A stretch of DNA of 64,000 nucleotides, taken from positions 27,032,001 to 27,096,000 of the forward strand of contig NC_043001.1 in assembly GCF_006345805.1 (NCBI RefSeq), given 5' to 3'. This document shows, in pieces, positions 26,051 to 38,819 of this stretch. The stretch is from Octopus sinensis. Lineage: Eukaryota. Position 1 is the stretch's first letter, and each line of letters starts with the position of its first letter. The position numbers and the translations under genes were made by a program. The notes beneath the pieces are model-generated. The model was not told the origin of the DNA, searched no databases, and was given only the letters and a program-made list of their open reading frames with translations.

Positions 26051-27459
26051 AGGTTATATATATTTATACACAGGTTGATATATCATCATCATCATCATCA
26101 TCATTATCATTTTTATCATCATCATCATTTATTATTTGGTAATCTATTGTAAGAATTACAATAGATTATCAAAATCAGAATGGTAGTGCTAAGAAAGAAT
26201 TCTATCATATCTGTATTTCTCTGCTGAGGATAATGCATTATTATCTTAGACATGGACGATATGGAAAGGATATGCTATTAAAAATTTACATTACTAGAAA
26301 ATTCTAGAACTATTTTTACTGCATAGAAACTATTGGTTATGGTGCTACATAAAAAAGCATTGGTGATGGTACCATGTAAAAAGCACCATGTAAAAAGTAC
26401 ACTCTATAAAATGGTTGATGTTAGGAAGGACATCCAGTAGTAGAAACCAATCCAAACAGAGAATGGAACCTGATGCAGCCCCTGGCCTTGCCAACTCCTA
26501 TGAACGTATGCCAGCATGGAAAATGAATGTTAGATGACAATGATGATGATGAAAATCTAGAAAACAATTCATAACCTTGGCATAGGAACCAGAAGTACTT
26601 ATAAAAAGAAAAAAAAATTACAAAAGCCCCTATGGAACTACAAAGTAAGAATTCAGAATTTAATATAGACAAATTTTGTTAAATTCAGAAAAAGGAAGTA
26701 TTATTTAGCTTAGATAGAAAAGGGAATATTTAATATTTAGAGAAGAGTCTTCATTGAAAAGTGGATCCAATCAAACTAATGGATATTCTCTTTCATCATA
26801 GCAACCTAAAATACTTATGTATTCTTTTTAATTGCACTGAGCTGAAAGGCTGTGATCTGCCAGAATCATTAGCACTCTGGACCAAATGCTCAGCAATATT
26901 TCTTCCAGATTTGTGTTCTGAGTTCAAATTCTTCAAAGGTCAACTTTGCCTTCTTGGTGGTTGATAAGATAAGAACCATTTGGGCACTAGAGTCGATGTA
27001 ATTGACTTACCTGTCCTCACAAAAATTTGTGGCTTTTGCTAAAATTTGAAACAGTTTTACTGTTCTGAATCTGGAGGGCATGAATCACCTGTAAGCTCAT
27101 CACATTTTGATGAGTACCTGTAATTTTTGTTTGATTGGATTGAGCAAAATATATAAAATTCTGCTACTGATTCAGTTTAATTAAAAATCTCAGATAACTA
27201 ATGTCACTAACTAATAGTGCTTGGTCATTGCTAACAGTTTTACCTGATGCTATAGAAAACGATAAGAATGTTTATCAATAAACTAGTTATTACTTTTGTT
27301 TATCGTATTCCTCTCAATAATTAATTTATGGCTATTCAAGGTGGATTATCTAAATGGTTGTTATTTATATCAGTTTTTTTTTTATTGTCAGTATCAATTA
27401 TCTAACTATGTATTCAAACCATTGTCAAGATAAGCAATTAAAATTCAAAGTAAACTTAC

Positions 27460-27578
27460 TGCATTGGGAGAGTTTATTGTGTTATATTTAGGATTCTCTG
27501 TCCATTTAAGGCAAGGTGTTCCTTTGCCTGTTTCTGATACAGACCCTCTGTAGGACACACCATTTCCACTGTAACAAT
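27460..27578 (-). CDS. Coding exon 8: kringle 1 N-half (CYSGNGVSYRGSVSETGKGTPCLKWTENPKYNTINSPNA)
   Basis: Kringle signature CY.GNG.SYRG....T..G..C..W; acceptor ctttcag, donor GCA|gtaagt; phase 1 to 0. Confidence 0.93.
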
Positions 27579-29583
27579 CTGAAAGCATTAATGAGTCACA
27601 TGAACAACTTACACAAAGCCACATACATAATTGTACAAATAATAAGTATTTCTTACTTTGGTTCAAAATCAAAATGGTTTTCCGGAAGGATTGTTGTTGC
27701 ATGCAGAGATCATTCTTTTTTATTAATCCTCAAGAGACAAAAGGGAAAAGTCCATCCTGATGGGATTGGAAGTAATGAAAAGAAATATTGCATGAATCTA
27801 AGTATTTATGGAGCGGAGTATACAATTTCCTGCAAGTCAGACTGCCACATAGCCCCAGTAGACAAAATAGAAAAAGTGTTGCTCCAGAGAATGGTGAGGT
27901 AGATGCACTGGAACAGCAATCCTGAGTCATGGGGATCACACTTGTGGACAGCAGTCACTGCTCCTGTAGCGATGAGCAAAGATATGGTCTAGGGGCCAAG
28001 AATGCCAGAAGTCTTTGCTGCCACAGGCTCAACCAAATATGGTAATAATTACTGCAGTAAGACTACATAGAGGGGTCGATCGGCCAGTACAGAGAGTACA
28101 AAGAATTATTGGAGGAATTTATAAATCTAATCCATTACAAACTACATTTTGTTTTACGTGATTTTGATTCTGATTATCCTGGAAGGAAATCTGCAAATTT
28201 TTGCAAATAAAAGTAACTGGTTAGTTGATGGAACCTTTAAAATTTCATCTCACCATTCATTTCATTGGCAAGAATTCATCCGGGGAAGAAAGGCATGATA
28301 TAACCAATGGTGTATATCCTCTCCAACAACAAAAAACAAACAAACAAAAAATTGAAGCTGCATACAAACAAGTTCTTGAAAGTATTTGCTCATTAAAAGA
28401 TAACTTGTGCCATAATTCTGTCACATGTGTCCATAAATGTTTCATAATAATAAAATGTTTCATAATATAATAATACATTATGTTGCCAATGTAAGGTGTA
28501 TATGGTCATGTGTTACGAATGAATGAGGAAAGCAGTGTGAAAGTTGAGGGAACTTGTGGAAGAGGTAGACTCAGGAAGACCTGGGATGAGGTGGTGAAGC
28601 ACGGCCTTCGAACATTGGGCCTCACCGAGGCAATGACTAGTGACTGAGACCATTGGAGATATGCTTGAGAAGACCCGAGAAGCCAAGTGAGACCATAGTC
28701 CGTCACCTATGCCAGTGGGTGTAACCAGCCCACTTCTGAATACCCTTCATTCACTGGACAATAAACTTTGCTTGCAAAGACCTATTGAGGCAAGTGAAAT
28801 CAAAATCAAAATCGCTGATGTGGCTGATGACAGTACCGCCTGATTGGCACTTATGCCAGTGAAACATTAAAAACACATCCAAGTGTGTGGTGTAACCAGC
28901 CCACATATGAGTACTCCTCATTCATTGGACAATAAACTTTGCTAGCAAAGACCTATTGAGGCAAGTGAAATCAAATCAAAATCACGGACGTGGTCGATGA
29001 CAGTAACTCCTTATTGGCACTCATACCAGTGGAACATTAAAAACACATCCAAGCATGATTGTTGCAAGGGCCATGGATTGGTTTCCATGCCGGTGGCACA
29101 TAAAAAGCACCGTTTGAGCATGATCATTGCCAGCGTCACCTTACTGGCACATGTGCCGGTTGCATGTGAGAAACAACATTCAAAAGTGGTCATTGCCAGT
29201 GCCACCTGACTAGCTCCCGTTTAGGTTGCATGTAAGAAACATCTTACGAACGTGGTTGCTACCAGAACCGCCTGACTAGTCTTGTGCTCATAAAAGCACT
29301 CACTACACTCTTTGAGTGGTTGGCATTAAGAAGGGCATCCAACAGTAGAAATTTTGCCAGATCAGATTGAGCCTAGTGCAGCCTGCTGGATCACCATTCC
29401 TCAGTCAAACTGTCCAACCCATGCCAGCATGGAAAGTGGATGTTAAACGATGATGACGACAGCGATGATGATGATATATATGTAAATGCATACTTATATA
29501 AACACATTCCCACATACATACCCACACACACACACACACACACAAACACACATACACATACATACACACACACACACACAGAC

Positions 29584-30435
29584 ATCATCATCATCATCAT
29601 CGTTTAACATCCGCTTTCCATGCTAGCATGGGTAGGATGATTTGACTGAGGGCTGGCGAACCAGATGGCTGCACCAGGCTCCAATCTTGATCTGATAGAG
29701 TTTCTACAGCTGGATGCCCTTCCTAATGCCAACCACTACGAGAGTGTAGTGGGTGCTTTTACGTGCCACCGGCATGAGGGCCAGTCAGGCGGTACTGGCA
29801 GCAGCCACACCCAAATGGTGGTTTTTTTATGTGCCACCTGCACACTGGCACAGGTGCCAGTAAGGTGACGCTGGTTATGATCACACTCAAATGGTACTTT
29901 TTAAGTGCCACTGGCATGGATGCCAGTTAGCCACTCTGGCAACGATCACGCTTGGATGGTGCTCTTAGTGTTCCACTTGCACGGATGCCAGTCATCGAAT
30001 TTGATTTCAATTTCTCTTGCCTCAAATGTCTTCGCAAGCAGTGTCCAATGAAGGGAAGGTACGCATAAGTGGGCTGGTTACACCCCTGGCATAGGCCAAA
30101 AGGTTATAGTCTCATTTAGCTTGCCAGGTCTTCTCAAGCACAGCATATTTCCAAAAGTCTTGGCCTAATGTTTGAAGGTCGTGCTTCACCACTTCATCCT
30201 AGGTCTTCCTGGGTCTACCACTTCCACAGGTTCCCTCATCCGCTAGGGTGTAGCACTTTTTCACACAGCTATCCTCATCCATTCTTTCCACATGACCATA
30301 CCAGCACAGTTGTCTCTCTTGAACACTACATCTGATGCTTCTTAGGTCCAACTTTTCTCTCAAGGTACTTACACTCTGTTGAGTATGCACACTGATATTA
30401 TACATCCATCGAATCATACTGGTTTCATTCCTTAC
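29584..30435 (-). mobile_element. RTE-clade LINE 3' end with ORF C-terminus
   Basis: RNETSMIRWM...LREKL.L.SI....QERQL.WYGHVERMDEDSCVKKC.....EG....GRPRKT, followed by the same 3' UTR and (GAT)n tail. Confidence 0.85.
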
Positions 30436-30439
30436 CATT

Positions 30440-30766
30440 AAGACTATTCTGCAGAGACCTGAATAAGTGGAAATCTGAAGAAGCAATGTCTGGTGAATAT
30501 GGAGGGTGGGGTAACACATCCCAGCTGAGCTGCAGCATTTTTTGTCTGGTTCCCAAAGCATCAAGTGCTGAAAATGAACTTTCTTATCTTTCATTTTAAA
30601 GGGTTACAGAATTTACACAGGTTATAGGAACATAAACCTTCTTCCACGAAAACTGTGCTCTAAATGGAGGTGTAATCAAATCCTATTTTATGGATTAAAC
30701 CATATTCTAAAATAAGTCGAAAGGTATGCTGCTATAAATCGGCACGAACTTTCCGGACAACTCAAT
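30440..30766 (-). mobile_element. Internally deleted mariner relic
   Basis: End reads (ta)TTGAGTTGTCCGGAAAGTTCGTGCCGATTT; MKDKKVHFQHLMLW and decayed HPPYSPDIASSDFHLFRSLQN motif. Confidence 0.7.
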
Positions 30767-31285
30767 AAATTCACTACTAAATACATTTCTACTATCATCA
30801 CTTTTGATATACTTCTTAACTAAAGGTTCTGTTGTCTCTTCAAACTAAAAGATGATTATTAATATATTTTGTTTTTATTTATATGTTTTTTTTTTTCTAT
30901 ACAAGAGATCTTTAGTTGCTAAGTTTGTTTTGGTTGTAGCGTATATGTCTTTGCACCATTTGTCACTAAGATTGGTGGCCCTTTACTTCTTTTATTATGT
31001 CATCCCTAATTAATTCATTTGATTCACTTGCATACTTTTATTGTCTTCTCCAATTAGACCCTTATATTAAAGGACTTCATTTCATCTTTTCTCCTCAGAA
31101 CTGTCTTCCTATAGATCTCACTCTTTCCTTACAATGAATAACATGCTTAAGTTCAAACAATCATATAAACTTAACCTAGTTCCTTAGTGATATCTCAGAG
31201 AACACGAATGTTCTTCTAAACACTATTCCTTCTTAGAATGACCATTAAAAAAAAATCAAGATGGAGAACCAGCTTGCATACTTAC

Positions 31286-31468
31286 CTTCTGTGAAATCAG
31301 GTGTTTTTTTCCGTTCACAGATAAAACCTGTGACTGAGCTACAGTTAGATGTCTTCCAGAAGAAGTAACTAGTCATGTGCAGTTCTCCATCATACTCAAA
31401 CACATTGGATAAACTAATACATCTCCCTCTTTTGCTTGGCTCTGCAGACTTCTTATCAGGCATCCATC
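31286..31468 (-). CDS. Coding exon 7: C-type lectin domain part 3 (WMPDKKSAEPSKRGRCISL...WKTSNCSSVTGFICERKKTPDFTE)
   Basis: EP....C, W....C......FICE CTLD C-terminal motif; acceptor ttctttacag, donor G|gtaagt; phase 1 to 1. Confidence 0.92.
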
Positions 31469-31679
31469 CTGTAAAGAAATGGTAGTACAGGCTTGTTCAA
31501 TTCTAGGTTTAATGTTGACTTGTCACACTGAGCAGTCTGCACCATACCGTTTCATATCACACTCGACATAATTGTAAAACATTTCTCACTTCACATGTAG
31601 ACATTTATAGCATAGTTTCATGAGAGCATCAAAATGTCCATCAAAGCATTATTCATAAATATCATAAAAGACTACCATT

Positions 31680-31899
31680 TTAACCCTTCAACATTTAAAC
31701 CAGCTGTATCTGACCCAAATATTCTCCTTGTCTTATGTTCAAACTGATCAGATTCAGTTTTCTCACACTGACCCTACAATGTTATTCTAAAAATAAACAT
31801 TGAAATCTTGAAGCTATGAGATAATGCATGACTAATTTAAAACAAAGTGAATAAATAAGCATTACCTTTGACAGAGTAATCTGAATGCTAAAGGGTTAA
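31680..31899. mobile_element. piggyBac-like MITE (TTAA-CCCTT...AAGGG-TTAA); decayed copy about 18165-18385
   Basis: TTAA at both ends with short CCCTT terminal inverted repeats. Confidence 0.75.
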
Positions 31900-32886
31900 A
31901 CCATATCACATTCTGTAATATTCCCATCTTGCTCACTCAATAACAAACATTTTGAGTAAAAACACACATAATAGATCAATGTCAATTGTACAGCTCAATA
32001 TATACATAAACAACAAAATATATACATAAATAAATAGATACATAAATAAATGATAAAGGCAAGTCAATAAGTGCTTAATGGCAAGAGAAAGACTCATATC
32101 TCATTCTCTTTATAGAATTATAGAATTTAGAGCTAAGCTTTTTACAAAAGTTATATTGAGTACTTCATTTCCTTTAAGTTTGAAAGAATATTCAGATTTA
32201 TAATGGGCTTAAATTTTGGCACAAAGCCAGCAGTTTTAGGGGAGGGATTAAGTTGATTACATCGACCCCAGGGCTCAACTGGTATTCACTTTATTGATCT
32301 CCAAAAGATGAAAGGCAAAGTCAACCATGGCAGAATTTGAACTCAGAACTTCAGGTTGGATGAAATGCTGCTTAAGCATTTTGCTCAGCATGCTAACAAA
32401 ACTGCCAGCTTGCTCCCCAGGCCAGATTAATAATGAACACCCTAAGGTGCAAATTTTGATAAACAACTCAATGATATCCGGAGTAATCATAAGAACTAAA
32501 AGTGAAACATTCCATTTGATACAGGTTTATTTCAGCGAATGACAATAATAAAATGGATAATGGTGATTGATGAGATGTGATTTCATATCTCATCTGAGTT
32601 GCATCATTCTTCTGTGCTCTCAGAAATTAGTACTACATTAAGCATCCTGTACATTTCTTATCCAGTTGCAGAATTGGAAAAAGCTGAGATACATGACTCA
32701 GGGCTGATAGTTTATGAAAATAATTCAAAATGTGGTTATTTCAAAAATCATTATCAAAGCAGTTGGTCGTAGTTTCATCTTCATTATTACTAAATTTAGA
32801 AACGTTTATTCTAGTCTATTCCAGTTTGAAAAGTTAAAAGGCTTAAATTCTGAGATGCTTTTATGCTTTAAAATTACTATATTTAC

Positions 32887-32982
32887 CAGGAAACCAATAG
32901 AAAGTAGATATAGTTTCTCTTTGATAGTTCCATTCCCAATTCCTTCCATTCTTGAAACCATCTGTCAACCAGACATGATTAT
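32887..32982 (-). CDS. Coding exon 6: C-type lectin domain part 2 (NHVWLTDGFKNGRNWEWNYQRETISTFYWFP)
   Basis: WIGL-like VWLTDG, W.W, and YW.PG motifs; acceptor ttttttgtag, donor G|gtaaat; phase 1 to 1. Confidence 0.88.
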
Positions 32983-33068
32983 CTACAAAAAATAGGTAAA
33001 AGAAAGTAATCAGTGGGACATGAACACAACAATACTTAAGGTATATACAAACCTTGCTCATTAGTACA

Positions 33069-33099
<31 letters not shown>

Positions 33100-33425
33100 A
33101 ATATATATATATATATCATCGTTTAACGTCCGTTCTCCATGCTAGCATGGGTTGGACGGTTCGACCGGGGATCTGGGAAGCCAGAAGGCTGCACCACGCT
33201 CCAGTCTTATCTGGCAGTGTTTCTACAGCTGGATGCCCTTCCTAACGCCAACCACTCCGTGAGTGTAGTGGGTGCTTTTTACGTGCCACCTGCACAGGTG
33301 CCAGGCGAGGCTGGCAACAGCCATGGTCGGATTGGTGTATTTTATGTGCCACCGGCACGGAAGCCAGACGAGGCGGAGCTGGCATCGGCCACGAGTCGGA
33401 TAGTGCTTTTTACGCCACGAGTCAG

Positions 33426-33457
<32 letters not shown>

Positions 33458-33464
33458 GTATAGT

Positions 33465-33495
<31 letters not shown>

Positions 33496-33568
33496 CATGG
33501 TGCTATTAAGTTAGACATGGCCTGGGCCAATAATGGCCGAAACCTATCAAAGTATCAAAGTATCAAAG

Positions 33569-33599
<31 letters not shown>

Positions 33600-34149
33600 C
33601 AGGTCACTTTCGAGTGCTACTGGTAACATGTAACCCAGTACAACCTGTTGCATGGTTGAGTCGTTGGCAACTAAACCGGCAACCCCACCAAGCTTGCTTG
33701 GTGAGGAGGGTGTTTATTGGACACCCTGCGGGATGAAAAACAAAACCTCTCAAAGGGCGGAGGAACTCTTGGGAGTCAACAGCCATCCAATAAATGTCTT
33801 AAGGTTTTATCATGCATGGGGACATAGAAATAATTGGACTGAATACCCGATCGCGTGGTTAAACCATTGGGAGTGAAGGACTCCTAGCCTTTGTTAGGCC
33901 ATCCTTCTAGGAGAAGGTAACTCAGGTAACTGGGATAACTCCGGCATAAATCCTGCGGCTCAGTGGTTACTGATGATGTTGACTTGTTCTTCTTTTTGGA
34001 TTATGGCTGCTGTTGCTTAGTGAGTGGGATTGACTCAGTGCACAGCATTTCCTCACTTAAAAAAAATCTTCTTGCACAGGCATTGCATGAGAACAATGTT
34101 GATTATACTTCGTGCAATGGCCATACTCGATAACGAGGGGGCAGCCACC
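33600..34149 (+). mobile_element. Non-autonomous element resembling an RTE 5' UTR derivative
   Basis: GC-richer 550-bp insert between microsatellites containing TAGGCCATCCTTCTAGGAGAAGGTAACTC, similar to the CTAGGAGAAGG motif of RTE 5' UTRs. Confidence 0.45.
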
Positions 34150-34195
<46 letters not shown>

Positions 34196-35129
34196 ATGTT
34201 TGTGTATGTGTGTGTGTGTATGTGCGTGCGTGCGTGTGTGTGTGTGCCAATCTCTCCACTCTGAAGACAGAGGTTGGTTTTACAGCAATGTTTATATGTA
34301 GCCACTACTGGCTGCATATTCTTTACTTTTTACACACTCCATCCGTCAACATTACAGATATCATGTAATTCCAAGCCCCACAGAACAATTGTCAGACCCA
34401 AAATACCATACTCTCTCCCCTTGAGAGACACATAAAGACATACACACACACACATCTGCAACAGGCTTCTTTCAGTTTTTGTCTCAAAATTCACTCACAA
34501 CACTTTGGTCAGCCCAAAGCTACAATAGAACACACTTGCTCAAGGTGCTATGCAGCAGGACTGAACCCAGAACTGTGTGGTTGGGAAGCCATGCCTGCAT
34601 CTACCACTAAGCTACATGTATCAAACCCAAATGTGTTTATTTGTTAATTTGCATTTTAGCTCTCTCTCCCTCTCTATCTCTCTCTCCCTCCCCCTCTCTC
34701 TCTATCTATATATAATGATGATGAATCTTGTGTCAGTTTCAACAATGAGTTTACAAATTGGTTAATCGACTGAACTACCTACTCCTTGTATTATAATGTA
34801 GGTGGCTGAATGTTCCACAGACTTTTGTTTCTTTAACATAATCCTAGGACAGAATCAGCATCACCCTTTACATTACAGGTATATCCACCCAACAGACTTC
34901 TACACAGTTGCCATCTGCCCAACTCATAATGCTCAGATGAATCTGATTCACTAGGGTAGAAAGGAAGATACTTGCCAATGGAAGCAAATCTGGGACCTCA
35001 TAAACAATTGTATTCAACACTATAGACTAATGAAAGGCAAGTTGTTTATTCAGTGTTCACACTTCTTCCAACAGTAGTGATCTATTTTTATGAAAGTTAG
35101 TTAATTGTGGCAAGGGGATTTAAAAGACC

Positions 35130-36308
35130 TGTAACGTACCCTTAGTGAAATTCATCCTCTCTCTCTCTGACATATATAACATAAATATGGATGTAGCAGA
35201 TAACAGCTAACCTTTAGCTGCTTGGGCCCTGTTGTGTCCACTACTCTGATTGGTTGGTATCAGTGCAGTTTGTTTCTTGCTGTATTACATGCCACTGTGC
35301 AACCCAACCAATCGCAACTTTCTGATAAGGTCCCGTGACACAGTCTTCTAAATGCTTCATTTGAGCCTATAATTTGATATAAAACACGGCAATTCATCGA
35401 ATCGAGTGTCTTTGGTTCTAGTCCTTCTAAGTACTAACCTCTAACCAGAGAGCACCCGGCGACAGACAGCCAGTTCCAGCGACAGACAACACTAGCAGTA
35501 TTTCAGGACCTCCATCTCTGTTGCCTTCATATTAATGATGCCAACAGTGACTTCGCCTAGGTTTAACTTCTCACTGTTTGTGACTACTTCACCATGGTTA
35601 ACAGTAAGCTCAACCTGCGAGTACTTTCTGTACCAAGTAACCTGGAACAGCATAGCAGCCACAACCGCTTACACGATATGTGTTCAACCAGCTCTGCCTT
35701 GTAACCTCAACTTCTTTGCTACAGAACTTCTACTATTGCGTATCTTACTACGAACTGGTATTTATCTCACACTTCATTGTGTCTGAACTTCTAACGTCCT
35801 GTTATAGACTCCTTTCTATGCTCTGTTATCTTCATCTTGTTTGAACATTCATCTAGCGTCCTATTGTAAACACTTTCTATGCTCTGTATTTTATCTCACA
35901 TGCATACACCCTTGTTTGTATGCACATACACATTATTGTATGCATGACGGCCTGTCTATTATTATTGTTCTTATTATATGTGTATTTATGGCACACTCAC
36001 GGACGCACTCTGCTAACACATATACACTTTATGTATGCTTGACAGTCTGTCTATTATTGTTCTTATGTCGCACTCATGGACACACACTCTGCTAACACCT
36101 GAAGTAAACCTTTCGCTTAAACCTTCTAACAGCTGTGTCACCTTCCTTATTCCTGCTGGTACTCATATTCATTTATCCATATTTTGGCTTTTATTGTAAG
36201 GTGACCATGCGGTGATTAAAGGAGTCATTCATTTGTCACCTCTCCTTTCGCACAGTTGTTCTACAGACCAAAACTGAAATGTTTTGAGTTAGTGAAGTGT
36301 TAACGACA
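35130..36308. mobile_element. Possible solo LTR
   Basis: TGTAACG...CGACA termini, composition distinct from flanks, internal direct repeat about 35945-36100; no convincing TSD. Confidence 0.3.
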
Positions 36309-37008
36309 GGATAATAATCATGAAGTATTTGGTTGAAAGATTACACTATATCAGTTATAATTTTTATACATCACTGTACAGGTGATGAATAACAACTTCT
36401 TACATGAGAAGAAAATCTCTGGCAAGGAGTTCATGCCTTTTTAATGACCATATTTGATGGCATATAAGGGACATTTTTTCAATAAGTAAATAAATGGTCC
36501 TACATGCAAAGTTGGGCCTCCTTTAAACCTCAATGCACTAAAAACATTTTTTCCTGTATGTACTGCTGAAATTAGGGTACGTCTAATATACCCTGTGTCT
36601 TTTATGACATTAAATATGAGAGTTGTACTCTGTAGATAGTTATATTTTATTTTTATGTCCTAGATTTGAAGATAATGTTCACCTGATAGAATTAATATTC
36701 AATTTGAATTGTTACTAATTAAAATTCAAAATGAGGAGACATTGGAAGGAAAATCCGGTGTGAGTAGGTGATTAGACTCAAGATTTTTTAAAAGGAAACC
36801 TTTTTAATAAAGTACATAACGTTTAAAAAAAATTAATTGGACACATTTCACATATGTAGCAGATGTATAAGAATTACTCCAGTAAAAGTCATGTTTATAC
36901 ATTTCATAACTGTTAAAAATTGCTTAAGAAAAATTTACTCCAAAAGTTTATGACCAAGGATGACATTTAAAGCAATTATTAAAGAAATTTATAAAATTAT
37001 GCTCTTAC

Positions 37009-37179
37009 CATTATTGGTCTGAAGTAAAACTGAAAGAAACGCATTTTCTTCCAAACTGTCAATAATTACTAAATGACTATCTTTAGTGTAACACATTTCT
37101 TTGGCATTGAGTCTTCGAGCATTGCCGATAAACAAACGATAGCAACCACTTGGACCAGAAATCCAACCAGGTTTGCAGC
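37009..37179 (-). CDS. Coding exon 5: C-type lectin domain part 1 (CKPGWISGPSGCYRLF...AKEMC...HLVIIDSLEENAFL)
   Basis: CTLD N-terminal motif C..GW......CY and A...C.....LV.I.S.EE..F; acceptor ttttgacag, donor G|gtaaga; phase 1 to 1. Confidence 0.92.
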
Positions 37180-37729
37180 CTGTCAAAATACAATACATAA
37201 AAAAAGTTTATATATGGAAAAGTTTATTTTACATACATAAATTTCAAAGATACATTCACATACCTTGTGAGGTAAATACAGTGACAGAAATGGATATTAG
37301 TTCCTAGGGTTATGTTAAGGTTTGAAAGGCTGGGGTTAGTAAGGTGAGGTAAGATGCTATAATCTACTCACCTCTGTGAATTGTAAAGTAGAGGACTGCT
37401 ACCCCACTGCATAATCAACCATTTCCATCACTGGCTATATGCTTTTATGAGTATGTTTTATTTGTGCATACATATGTATATGTTAGCATATGACTATGCT
37501 TATGTTACTGTGCAGAAAGGCTTGGTGGAACATTTATGTGCATACATTTGCAGAACTGTAAGTGCATCTTATAATATCTGCATGTATGCATTAGAAGTTA
37601 AGTATTAGCATCTATTTACCATCTATTTGTATTGTATGAGTATATGAATATGTGTGTGTGTGTGTGAGTGTGTTTTAAATATGTGTGTTTATGTACATAC
37701 ATACATACATACGTACGTACATACGTACG

Positions 37730-37763
<34 letters not shown>

Positions 37764-38060
37764 CATACATATATTTATATATCAGCTGTAAGACTTTGAA
37801 TCTTTTCCATGTACTTGCATAGCAAGTGATTTGATCTGAGATCGTGTGCTGAAACAAAAACTTGTATACAACTTGAGAGATGTTTGCCATGCCTCAATGT
37901 TTGTTGTCCTCTTTAACAATTATATATCTGCTTCATTGGAAATCTACAATGACTCCATAACTACCACCTCAGCTATAACCTTGGAGCCCTTGTAATCCAA
38001 TACAGCACTTACTGAACATACCTAATCGTTTAGATCGCCTGTGAACTAAACCCCATACTT

Positions 38061-38107
<47 letters not shown>

Positions 38108-38187
38108 AATTGTAGCGTGGAAGGTGTTTGTAAGCCATTTAAGAAACACACAAAAGCCGTTCGATTCACTTCAACATTTAAGTTTAA

Positions 38188-38238
38188 TTTGTCAAAATAT
38201 TTTCGTCGCTTTAAGACCGCAACCTGTTCACTGACAAA
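38188..38238 (-). ncRNA. Minimal hammerhead motif, G3-C8 core variant (minus-strand copy)
   Basis: tttgtca GTGAACA g gttgc-ggtcttaaa-gcgac GAAA atat TT tgacaaa. Confidence 0.6.
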
Positions 38239-38255
38239 GAGATGCAGCATGGATT

Positions 38256-38306
38256 TTTGTCAGTGAACAGGTCGCGGTCTTATAGCGACGAAAATATTTT
38301 GACAAA
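38256..38306 (+). ncRNA. Minimal hammerhead motif, G3-C8 core variant (plus-strand copy)
   Basis: tttgtca GTGAACA g gtcgc-ggtcttata-gcgac GAAA atat TT tgacaaa. Confidence 0.62.
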
Positions 38307-38438
38307 TTAAACTTAAATGTTGAAGTGAATCGAACGGCTTTTGTGTGTTTCTTAAATGGCTTACAAACACCTTCCACGCTGCAATTGTTTTTGTTTCAGC
38401 ACACAATCTCAGATTAAATCACTTGCTATGCAAGTACA

Positions 38439-38483
<45 letters not shown>

Positions 38484-38758
38484 CAGCATTATCATCATCA
38501 TCGTTTAACGTCCGTTTTCCATGCTAGCATGGCTTGGATGGTTTGACCGGGGTCTGGGAAGCCAGAAGGCTGCATCAGGCTCCAGTCTAATCTGGCAGAG
38601 TTTCTACAGCTGGATGACCTACCTAATGCCAACCACTCTGTGAGTGTAGTGGGTGCTTTTTACGTGCCACTGGCACAGGTATCACAACTACAATTTCCAT
38701 TTGATTTTGATTTTTCATGTTGATGTACTTGAATCAGTAGGTCTCCTCAAGCACAGCG

Positions 38759-38811
<53 letters not shown>

Positions 38812-38819
38812 ATATATAT

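Larger units (their letters stand above)
38104..38392. repeat. About 135-bp-arm near-perfect inverted repeat with 17-nt spacer (PLE-type inverted pseudo-LTRs); further homology 37811-37861 vs 38388-38437
   Basis: 38104-38238 is the reverse complement of 38256-38390 with about 3 mismatches. Confidence 0.93.
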
